DNA of 64,000 nucleotides. Origin: Myxococcota bacterium (GTDB lineage: Bacteria > Myxococcota_A > Polyangia > Nannocystales > Nannocystaceae). Shown in pieces: positions 9,505 through 18,243 of this stretch. The DNA is taken from contig JBCCHT010000014.1 in NCBI GenBank assembly GCA_039028615.1, positions 179,710-243,709 of the forward strand. The letters are read 5' to 3'. The translations under genes were made by a program, and so were the position numbers. Positions within the stretch are counted from its first letter, which is position 1. Every line of letters starts with the position of its first letter. A model generated the notes under the pieces. It made no database searches and had not been told where the DNA came from. It worked only from the letters and a program-made list of their open reading frames with translations.

Positions 9505-12500
9505 ATGACCATGCCGCCCATCGCGATCGTGGGCCGGGCCTGCGTGGTGCCCGGTGCTCTGAGTCCGCAACAACTGTGGGACGCGGTCCGTGAACGCCGC
9601 TACCACGTGAGCGCGGCCGACCCGGGCGCATGGCGAACCGGGGCCGACGACGTCGTGCGGGGCCCCGGGCAAGACCCGACCAACGGCACGTGGCACGACC
9701 GCGGGGGCTATGTCCGCGGCTTCGATCGAGTGTGGGACCCCGAGGGTTTCGGGGTCCCGGCGGCCTCGCTCGCGGGGCTCGATCCGTTGTTCACCTGGGT
9801 CCTGCACTGCGCCCGGCAAGCGCTGCGTGACGCGGGAGACGACCGCACGGGGGCCATCGCCCGCCCCCGCGTTCGCGCCGTACTCGGCAACCTCGGCTTC
9901 CCCACTGCGGGGATGAACCGCTACGCCGAGTCCGTGTGGTCGCCCCAGCCCGGGGAGACCGCGCCCGATCCTCGCAACCGCTTCATGTCGAGAGGCCCGG
10001 CGGCGCTGCTCGAGCAGGCCCTGGGCCTGGCCCCGGGTGCGTTCTGCCTCGATGGCGCCTGCGCCAGCTCGCTCTACGCCATCGCCATGGGCTGCGCCCA
10101 GCTCAACGACGGCGACGCGGACCTCGTGCTCGCGGGCGCCGTCAATCGTGCCGACGACCTGTTCCTGCACGTGGGCTTCTGCGCCCTCAAGGCCCTCAGC
10201 CCCAGCGGCCACAGCCGCCCCTTCGACGCCGACGCCGATGGCCTGATCCCGGGCGAAGGCGCGGGCGTGGTGGCGCTCAAGCGGCTGGCCGATGCGCGGC
10301 GAGACGGCGACACGATCCACGGCATCATCCGTGGCGTCGGCCTGTCCAACGACGGCCGCGGTCGAGGCTTCCTCGCCCCCTCCGAAGAAGGCCAGCGTCG
10401 GGCGCTCGAGGCCGCCTATCGCAACGCGGGGGTCGACCCGTCCGAGGTCTCCCTGCTCGAGTGCCATGCCACCGGCACCGTGCTCGGCGACGCCACCGAG
10501 CTTCGCAGCACGGGCACCGTATTCGAGGACTGCGAAGGCGTCCCCATCGGCTCGCTCAAGTCCAACCTCGGACACCTCATCACCGCCGCGGGCGTAGCCG
10601 GGCTCATCAAGGTGCTCGAGGCCATGCGCCACCGCCAGCGACCGGCGACGGTGCAGGTGCGCACGCCCAACCCCGCGCTCGACACGGGGCCCTTTCGGCT
10701 GCTCACCGAGCAAGAAGACTGGCCGGCGTCGTCCCCTCGCCTCGCGGGCGTCTCCGCGTTCGGCTTCGGAGGCAACAACGCACACCTGGTCGTCAGCGAG
10801 GACGACCCGACCCTCGACGCGCCGACCGAGGTTCGTCCGCCCGCAGCCGCACCGCTGGCCATCGTGGGCGTGGGCGCGGTGGTGGGCTCGGTCTCGAATG
10901 CCGAAGACTTCGCCGCCGCGATCGTCAGTCGCCGCTCGCTGCTGCAACCCGGGGACGAAGGAAAACCCGCGGGGGCTCGCATCGACGAGCTCGCGCTCGG
11001 CCTCGAGGGCCTGTGTTTTCCGCCCCGGGACCTGCAGCGCACGCTCGCGCAGCAGCTCGCCGTGCTGCAGGCAGCGCGCGAAGCCACGGCCGACGCACCC
11101 GAGCTACCGCGCGACCGCACCGGGGTCTACGTGGCGATGGAGGCCGATCCCGAGGTCTGCCGCTATGGGCTGCGCTGGCGCCTGCGAGAGCGCCTGCGCC
11201 AAGCGGGGGCCACATCGCCCGAGTCGGCATCGGGCCTGAGTTCGCTCGAGGAGACCATCGCCCCTCCGCTGGGGGCCGAGGAAGTCGTGGGCACCATGCC
11301 CAACATCCCCGCCAACCGTCTCAATCGGCAGCTCGACCTCGGCGGGCCCAGCTTCACCGTGTCCGCGGGCGAAGCGTCGGGACGGGTCGCGCTCGAGTTG
11401 GCGGCGCGAGCCCTGCGAACGGGGCAGCTCGATGCCGCGGTGGTCGGTGCGGCCGACCTCTCGTGTCAGGCCGTGCACTTGGCCGCGCTTTCGGCCCGGG
11501 GTGATGCATCGCCGCCGCCCGGAGATGCGGCCACCGTGGTCGTGCTGCGCCGACTCACCGATGCGGTGCGCGAAGGCGAAGCAGTCCTCGCCGTGCTCGA
11601 GACCGAGGCAGACGCCCCATCCCCCGCCCAGGAATCGATCGACGCGCTCGGATTGCGATCGACGATGGGGCACTGCTGGGCCGCGGGCGACCTCCGCGAC
11701 GTCACAGCGGCCGCCCTGCTCGCCCGCGACCAACCGGGTACGACGACCCAGATTCCCGCTCGCCCCGGAGGTCACGCGGTGCGGGTGCGAAGTGCCGGGC
11801 CGCAGCTGTTCCGGTTCGCGGGAGCCGATCGCTCGGCGCTGGAACGACGACTCCAAACGGGTGAGCCGGGCGGTGAAGGTCCGTGTCGAGCGGCGATCAT
11901 CGCGTCCACGCCCGCCCAGCTCGAGCAACGCCGTGCCCAGGCCGGAGCCCATCTGTCCAAGGGCACCGCCGTGGGGCCCGGCGTGTTCGTACGGTCGCGT
12001 CCCATGGACGGCAGCCTGGCGCTCGTCTTCTCCGGTGCAGGTGCGGCGTACCCCGGCATGGGCACCCCCCTGCAACGAGCCCTGCCCGAGCTCGACCAGG
12101 CGCTGCGAAGCCGCAGCCCGGTGCTCGCTCGCCACTTCGATGCCCCCTGGGACGACGACGGCCACGCGCCCCCCTTGCAGCGCCTGTGGAGTTCGTCCTA
12201 CCTGACCCAGCTGCACGCCGAGCTCACTCGTTCGTGGCTCGAGCTCGAGGCCGACGCGGTCATCGGCTACTCCTCCGGTGAGAGCAACTCGTTGTTCGCG
12301 ACGGGCATCTGGAACGACCACGACGACATGGTCGAGCAGTGCCGCCGCTCCGGCTTGTTCACCGAGCAGATCGGCGGCCGCTTCGAGGCCGTCGCCCGGG
12401 CTTGGGGCCAGCCCGCCCAATGGGAGACCTGGACGGTGGTCGCCCCGGTCGACGAGGTCATCGCGCTCGTCGGCTCGATACCCAGGGTCCACGTGTCGAT

Positions 12501-15500
12501 CATTCACCACGACGGCGAGTGTGTGGTGGCGGGCGATCCGAGCGGCTGCGCTCAGCTGCGGGAGCGCGTGGGCGCCAAGCGCTGCCATCGGCTGCGCTAC
12601 GACCTCGCAGTGCACGTGCCCGAGCTGCAGCAGGTGGCGGCGCCGTGGCGCGAGCTTCATCGACGCCCGGTCACCCCGCCGCGCTCGGGCCTGTCCGTGT
12701 ACTCGGGCGCCACGAGCCAGGCCTACACCCCGAGCGAGGACGCGTGCGCCGAGGCCATTCTCGGCCAGGCCAACCGTCGCCTGGACTACCGCCGGGTCAT
12801 CGAGCGGGCCTACGCCGATGGCGTGCGCGTGTTCGTGGAGCACGGCCCGCGGCGCAGCTGCAGCGGGTGGATCCAGCAGATTCTGGGCGATCGAGACGCC
12901 GTGGTGGTGGCGCTCGACCGCAAGGGCGGCGGGCTCCTTCCCGTGCTCGAGACGGTCGCGGCGTTGTGGTCCGCCTCGGTTCCCGTGCGCCTCGATCCTC
13001 GCATCGAAGGCCTCGGCCCTCACGCTCGGCCAGCCCCGCCGCAGCGGTCGAGCAGCCCGCGCATGCAGTTCGCGGCTCGCCCTCGCCCTCTTCGCATGCC
13101 GCCCTTGTCGACCATGCTCTCCTCGACCGATCGCGAAACGCCCGAGGCCCCGACGCTTCAACCCATGCCCCCCGCGCCGACGCTGCCGCCAGTGGGCTCG
13201 GTACCGCCAGACCTGCCGACGGCCGCCCCGCCCCGGCCTGCACCCACGCAGCCTGCCCCCGCGGCCACGGTCGCTCCGCCGCCCACCGTGCCTCCGGTCG
13301 CCACCGCGCTGCCACCGACGGACACCGCGTCGCGCGTGGCCGCAGTGATGCAAGCTCAGCTCGCGACGCTAGGCGATCGGCAGCGAGCGTTCGTGCAGGA
13401 GCAGGCCGCACTGCATCAACAGTTCTTGGCGGTCCGCGCCCAAGCCAACGCGATGCTCGTGGGCGCGATGCAGGGTGGCGCGGTGCAGACGCCCGCCGCG
13501 ACACCGACCGCTCCGGTCCCGACGCCGGCCCCCGCCATCACGAACCCGGTTGCCCCCATAGCTGCGACTTCGCAAGCTCCGGTAGCCGCCAAACCTGCTC
13601 CCGCCCCGCTCGCAGCCCGTCCTGCGCCCAAGCCCGCGGCGACGACCAACCGGCCGAGCGCGAAGCCGGTCCCTGCGAAGTCCACCGGACCGCGGCCTCC
13701 CTGCGGTCCGACCTTCGATCGCGCCGCGCTCGAGGTTCACGCGGGCGGCAACATCTCCGAGATCTACGGCCCTCAGTTCGCCGGCCAGGACCGCTTCGAC
13801 CGTCAGGTCCGAATGCCCTTGCCGCCCCTGCTGCTCGCCGACCGCGTCACCGGACTCGACGCGGAGCCCATGGCGATGAAGCTGGGCACGATCTGGACGG
13901 AGACCGACGTCACCGAGAACGCCTGGTACCTGCACGCCGGGCGCATGCCCCCCGGGATCATGATCGAGTCGGGTCAAGCCGACCTCATGCTCATCAGCTA
14001 CCTGGGCGTCGACGCCGAGAACCAGGGCGAGCGGGTCTATCGGCTGCTCGGATGCACGCTGACCTTCCACGGCAGCCCGCCCGAGGTCGGCGAGACCTTG
14101 TGCTTCGACATCCACCTCGACGGGCACGCCAAGCAGGGCAAGTCCCGCCTGATGTTCTTCCACTACGACTGCCACATCGACGACCAGGTGCGGCTATCGG
14201 TACGACAGGGCCAGGCCGGTTTCTTCACCGACAAGGAGCTCGCCGAGTCCGACGGTTGCCTGTGGAGCCCGCAGGAGCAGTCGATCGTCGACGACCCGCA
14301 GCTCGACGCCCCGGCGATGGAGACGGCCTCCTCGTTCACCGCCGCCCAGGTCCAGGCCTTTGCCGAAGGACGCCCCTGGGATTGCTTCGGTGACGGGGCT
14401 CTACCGACCCGGTGCCACACCCGTACCCCGCGGATCCAATCCGGCCGCATGCAGCTGCTGCATCGCGTCGACGAGTTCGCCCCGCGCGGCGGCCCCTGGG
14501 GCCGGGGGTACCTGCGCGCCGAGACCCCCATCACGCCCGACGATTGGTTCTTCGAGGGACACTTCCTCAACGACCCCTGCATGCCGGGGACGCTGATGTT
14601 CGAGGGCTGCCTGCAGGCGCTCGCGTTCCACCTCGCGGCCATGGGCTACACCCTCGATCGCGACGGCTGGCGCTTCGAGCCCGTGCCCGAGCACGCCATG
14701 ACCCTGAGCTGCCGCGGCCAGGTCACCCCCCAGGCCAAATCGCTGACCTACGAGGTCTTCGTCGAGGAAATCTCCGCCGGGCCCGAGCCCACCGTCTACG
14801 CCGACCTGCTGTGCACCGTCGATGGCCTCAAGGCCTTCCATGCGCGCCGCGTCGGCCTGCGCCTGGTCCCCGCGTGGCCGCTGGACGAAGGCCACGTACT
14901 GCTCGATCGAAGCGAGTCCGACGAGGGCCACACCATCGCGCGCAGCGGTGGCTTCGCGTACGACTACCGCTCGATGCTCGCCTGCGCCCACGGGCGACCG
15001 ACGGAGGCGTTCGGGCCCATCTACGCCCGCTTCGACGGCACCCAGCCCGTCGCTCGCCTGCCGAACCCGCCCTATCACTTCATCTCCCGCGCCACCTCGA
15101 TCACGGGCGAAGCGGGCGCGATGGAGTCCGGCGTCGAGGTGCAGGTCGAGTTCGATGTCGACCCGAACGCCTGGTACTTCGCCGACAACGGCAACCGCAG
15201 CATGCCCTTTGCGGTGCTGCTCGAGGCCGCCTTGCAGCCCTGCGGGTGGCTGGCGAGCTTCATGGGGTGCGCCCTCGCGGTCGACATTCCCCTGAAGTTC
15301 CGCAACCTCGATGGCCACGGCACCGTGCACCGCGAGGTCGGGCCCGACGATGGCGTCCTGCGGACCCGCGTCCGCAACACCCAGCTGTCGATCACCGCGT
15401 CGATGATCATCGTGGGCTTCGACGTCGAGTGCCGGGTCGAAGACGCGCTCGTCTACGAGATGAGCACCGTGTTCGGGTTCTTCCCCGCATCGGCGTTCGA

Positions 15501-18084
15501 GGACCAGGCAGGGCTTCCCGCCGCCCCTGCCCACCAAGCGCTCCTCGAGGCCAGCGGCCAAGAGCCTCGCGCCATCGAAGCCGCCCGCGAAGGCCAGGCC
15601 CGGCTCGCCGCGCCGATGCTGATGATGCTCGACCGCGTGGCGCACTTCGATCCTACCGGGGGCGCAGCGGGCCTCGGGTGTGCTCGCGCCGAGAAAGACG
15701 TGGACCCCGGCGAGTGGTTCTTCGCCGCGCACTTCTTCCAAGACCCCGTGCAGCCGGGCTCGCTCGGGATCGAAGCCATGCTCCAGCTGCTGCAGTGGTG
15801 CATGCGCGAGCTGGGGCTCGACGCCGACCTCGCACAGCCTCGCTTCGAGCCGCTGGGACTCGGCCAGACGCTGACCTGGAAGTATCGGGGTCAGGTCGTG
15901 CCCACCAACCATCGAATCTGCACCACGCTCGAGATCACCGAGCGCGGTACGGACGAGCGCGGCGCCCATGCGATCGCCGATGCGTGGCTGTGGGTCGACG
16001 GCAAGCCGATCTACAAGGCCACGGGCATCGGCATGCGCATCGTGAGCGGTGACGACGACTACGGTCGTACCGTCCCCCTGAGCCTCGAGGCGATGCCCGA
16101 GCTGTCCGACCATCGGCCGACCTGGACGGTGCCCGCCGTGCCCATGATGTCCATGGTCGACCTGCTGGCCAGCGCCGCGCGAGCGGACGAGCACGTCGTC
16201 GGCCTGCGTGACGTACGGGTCAAGGGATGGCTGACCGTGCCCGAGGGGTTCGAGGGCCGACTCCGCATCGAGCGGGAGGGGGAGACCGTCACCCTCGTCG
16301 AGGAGCGCGGCACCGAGTCCCCGCGTCCGGTCGCCACCGGTCGGCTCCTCGTCGGGCGCCCCGGCGACCGCCCCGATCCATGGCCCGCGCTCTCCGGCGA
16401 GCCACGCCCCCTGCCCTACGAAGACGGCTCACTGTTCCACGGCCCCGCCTTCGCTCGTCTGCAGAGCCTCGCGCGTGGCGACCGAGGAGCGTCCTCCGTG
16501 CTGCGGGTCGACGGCAGCACCGATGCCCGTGGTCTCGCGCCGATCCTGCTCGACGCCGCGACCCATGGCATCCCCCATGACGCCCTGCACCAGTGGGACG
16601 CACGCATCCCGGCCGACAGCGTCGCCTACCCGGCTTGGATCCCGCAGCTGGACGTCTACGGCCCCACGCCCACCGCGGGCACCGTGCGTTGCGAAGCTCG
16701 CTACCGCGGCCCCATGGGCAGCAGCGAGTTCCCCTCCTTCGCGATCCAGCTCATCGGCGACCACGGCGTGTGGTGCCAATTCGTGCTCGTGGAGGCCTGC
16801 TTCCCCAAGGGCCGATTGGGAACCGCTGCGCCCGTCGATCGTCGTGCCTTCTTGCGCGACCGGGTCGCCGTGCCCGGCCTGTCGCTGTCCCGCCACGAGG
16901 GCGGCACCACCCGGTTGACTTCGACCGAGGTCGACGGCAGCAACTGGCTTCCCGGCACCGTGCAGGCCATCTACGGCACCGAGGACGTCGCCGCGATCGC
17001 CCGCAAGGAACACACCGCCGCGGCGCACGAACTCCATCCCCGCCATCTTCCCGAGGCCCTCCCCCTCACCCGCCTCTCACTGCAGACGCAGCAAAAGGGT
17101 GACGAGATCACCGTCACGGGTGATGCCCAGGGAACGTTCGATATCTCCCTCGTGCGCGACTTCTGGACGAAGTGGTTCGGCCGCGAAGGGTGGCCCGTCG
17201 AGGACCTCTACTACGGCCTGCTCGAGCGATTCGTCCGACGCGTCGTCGTCACCGATCCCGAGGCCTTCGCCCAGTATCGCGGACGCAGCGTGCTGTACCT
17301 GGCCAACCACCAGGTCGGCATCGAATCGCTGCTGTTCTCCATCGTCGCGTCCGCGCTGGGCGAGGTCCCCACCGTGACCCTCGCCAAAGCCGAACACCGC
17401 GAGACCTGGCTCGGCCGGCTCATCGAGCACTGCTTCGCCTATCCCGAGATTCGCGACCCGGGGCTCATCACCTTCTTCGACCGCAACGACCCCGCCTCGC
17501 TGACCAAGATGCTGCCGCAGCTGGTCGGGCGCATGCGCGACGAAGGCCGCTCCATGATGGTGCACGTCGAGGGCACCCGCTCCCGCTCCTGTGCCGAGCC
17601 CGTGCAAGCGCTCAGCGGAGCCTTCGTCGACCTGGCACTGGCCCTCGACGCGCCGATCGTCCCCGTGAAGTTCTCCGGTGGATTGCCGCGAACGGCCCTC
17701 GAAGAGCGCCTCGAGTTCCCCCTCGGCATGGGTAAGCAGGACATGTGGTTCGGCGCTCCGATCTCCGCGCCGACGCTCGCTGCCGCCAGCTATGGGGAGC
17801 GTCGGCAGAGAGTGCTCGATGCGATCAACGGTCTCGGACCCAGCCACGAAGTCGAGCAGCCGCTGGCCGGCGATCCGGGGTTCGAGGCGGCCGTTGGAGC
17901 GTGGGCACGGCAGCAAGGCGTGAGCCCGGCCTACGCCGCGCTTCATCGGGTGCTCACCGAGCGCGCGGAGCCCTGCGAGCAGACCCGGACGCTGCTGAAG
18001 GCGACCGACGCGACCGCACTGGCGGCCGACACTTCGGCCGAGGGCCGCTGGCTCCACCAGCTCGCCCAGTGGCTGCTGGGCTAG
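9505..18084 (+). CDS. pfa3: PUFA synthase subunit: KS-CLF-AT-DH'-DH-DH'-DH-(PKS-type DH)-acylglycerolphosphate acyltransferase (Pfa3 family)
   Basis: Start placed at ATG 9505, 4 nt after the pfa2 stop. KS: DGACASS, ECHATGT, GHLITAAG. Cys-less CLF (SAGEASG). AT: GYSSGE. FabA-like DHs: WFFEGHFLNDPCMPG and WFFAAHFFQDPVQPG, plus two His-less partners. C-terminal PlsC-like motifs LANHQ, FFDR, HVEGTRS, PIVPV. Confidence 0.93.
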   Translation: MTMPPIAIVGRACVVPGALSPQQLWDAVRERRYHVSAADPGAWRTGADDVVRGPGQDPTNGTWHDRGGYVRGFDRVWDPEGFGVPAASLAGLDPLFTWVLHCARQALRDAGDDRTGAIARPRVRAVLGNLGFPTAGMNRYAESVWSPQPGETAPDPRNRFMSRGPAALLEQALGLAPGAFCLDGACASSLYAIAMGCAQLNDGDADLVLAGAVNRADDLFLHVGFCALKALSPSGHSRPFDADADGLIPGEGAGVVALKRLADARRDGDTIHGIIRGVGLSNDGRGRGFLAPSEEGQRRALEAAYRNAGVDPSEVSLLECHATGTVLGDATELRSTGTVFEDCEGVPIGSLKSNLGHLITAAGVAGLIKVLEAMRHRQRPATVQVRTPNPALDTGPFRLLTEQEDWPASSPRLAGVSAFGFGGNNAHLVVSEDDPTLDAPTEVRPPAAAPLAIVGVGAVVGSVSNAEDFAAAIVSRRSLLQPGDEGKPAGARIDELALGLEGLCFPPRDLQRTLAQQLAVLQAAREATADAPELPRDRTGVYVAMEADPEVCRYGLRWRLRERLRQAGATSPESASGLSSLEETIAPPLGAEEVVGTMPNIPANRLNRQLDLGGPSFTVSAGEASGRVALELAARALRTGQLDAAVVGAADLSCQAVHLAALSARGDASPPPGDAATVVVLRRLTDAVREGEAVLAVLETEADAPSPAQESIDALGLRSTMGHCWAAGDLRDVTAAALLARDQPGTTTQIPARPGGHAVRVRSAGPQLFRFAGADRSALERRLQTGEPGGEGPCRAAIIASTPAQLEQRRAQAGAHLSKGTAVGPGVFVRSRPMDGSLALVFSGAGAAYPGMGTPLQRALPELDQALRSRSPVLARHFDAPWDDDGHAPPLQRLWSSSYLTQLHAELTRSWLELEADAVIGYSSGESNSLFATGIWNDHDDMVEQCRRSGLFTEQIGGRFEAVARAWGQPAQWETWTVVAPVDEVIALVGSIPRVHVSIIHHDGECVVAGDPSGCAQLRERVGAKRCHRLRYDLAVHVPELQQVAAPWRELHRRPVTPPRSGLSVYSGATSQAYTPSEDACAEAILGQANRRLDYRRVIERAYADGVRVFVEHGPRRSCSGWIQQILGDRDAVVVALDRKGGGLLPVLETVAALWSASVPVRLDPRIEGLGPHARPAPPQRSSSPRMQFAARPRPLRMPPLSTMLSSTDRETPEAPTLQPMPPAPTLPPVGSVPPDLPTAAPPRPAPTQPAPAATVAPPPTVPPVATALPPTDTASRVAAVMQAQLATLGDRQRAFVQEQAALHQQFLAVRAQANAMLVGAMQGGAVQTPAATPTAPVPTPAPAITNPVAPIAATSQAPVAAKPAPAPLAARPAPKPAATTNRPSAKPVPAKSTGPRPPCGPTFDRAALEVHAGGNISEIYGPQFAGQDRFDRQVRMPLPPLLLADRVTGLDAEPMAMKLGTIWTETDVTENAWYLHAGRMPPGIMIESGQADLMLISYLGVDAENQGERVYRLLGCTLTFHGSPPEVGETLCFDIHLDGHAKQGKSRLMFFHYDCHIDDQVRLSVRQGQAGFFTDKELAESDGCLWSPQEQSIVDDPQLDAPAMETASSFTAAQVQAFAEGRPWDCFGDGALPTRCHTRTPRIQSGRMQLLHRVDEFAPRGGPWGRGYLRAETPITPDDWFFEGHFLNDPCMPGTLMFEGCLQALAFHLAAMGYTLDRDGWRFEPVPEHAMTLSCRGQVTPQAKSLTYEVFVEEISAGPEPTVYADLLCTVDGLKAFHARRVGLRLVPAWPLDEGHVLLDRSESDEGHTIARSGGFAYDYRSMLACAHGRPTEAFGPIYARFDGTQPVARLPNPPYHFISRATSITGEAGAMESGVEVQVEFDVDPNAWYFADNGNRSMPFAVLLEAALQPCGWLASFMGCALAVDIPLKFRNLDGHGTVHREVGPDDGVLRTRVRNTQLSITASMIIVGFDVECRVEDALVYEMSTVFGFFPASAFEDQAGLPAAPAHQALLEASGQEPRAIEAAREGQARLAAPMLMMLDRVAHFDPTGGAAGLGCARAEKDVDPGEWFFAAHFFQDPVQPGSLGIEAMLQLLQWCMRELGLDADLAQPRFEPLGLGQTLTWKYRGQVVPTNHRICTTLEITERGTDERGAHAIADAWLWVDGKPIYKATGIGMRIVSGDDDYGRTVPLSLEAMPELSDHRPTWTVPAVPMMSMVDLLASAARADEHVVGLRDVRVKGWLTVPEGFEGRLRIEREGETVTLVEERGTESPRPVATGRLLVGRPGDRPDPWPALSGEPRPLPYEDGSLFHGPAFARLQSLARGDRGASSVLRVDGSTDARGLAPILLDAATHGIPHDALHQWDARIPADSVAYPAWIPQLDVYGPTPTAGTVRCEARYRGPMGSSEFPSFAIQLIGDHGVWCQFVLVEACFPKGRLGTAAPVDRRAFLRDRVAVPGLSLSRHEGGTTRLTSTEVDGSNWLPGTVQAIYGTEDVAAIARKEHTAAAHELHPRHLPEALPLTRLSLQTQQKGDEITVTGDAQGTFDISLVRDFWTKWFGREGWPVEDLYYGLLERFVRRVVVTDPEAFAQYRGRSVLYLANHQVGIESLLFSIVASALGEVPTVTLAKAEHRETWLGRLIEHCFAYPEIRDPGLITFFDRNDPASLTKMLPQLVGRMRDEGRSMMVHVEGTRSRSCAEPVQALSGAFVDLALALDAPIVPVKFSGGLPRTALEERLEFPLGMGKQDMWFGAPISAPTLAAASYGERRQRVLDAINGLGPSHEVEQPLAGDPGFEAAVGAWARQQGVSPAYAALHRVLTERAEPCEQTRTLLKATDATALAADTSAEGRWLHQLAQWLLG

Positions 18085-18122
18085 TCGTCCGAGTTCAGCA
18101 GCAATGTTCATCGAAGCAGGGG

Positions 18123-18140
18123 CCCCTCGTCTTCGAGGGG
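18123..18140 (+). terminator. Short hairpin after pfa3, possible terminator or mRNA-stabilising stem
   Basis: CCCCTCG-TCTT-CGAGGGG; no U-tract follows. Confidence 0.25.
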
Positions 18141-18243
18141 TGATGCAAGGCGGCGGCAGCACGGGTCGCTGAGCCCCATCCCGTCGATTCGTGGCCACGT
18201 CGCAATCCGACAGGTGGGCTCGTGGACCTTCCTCGACGAGACG

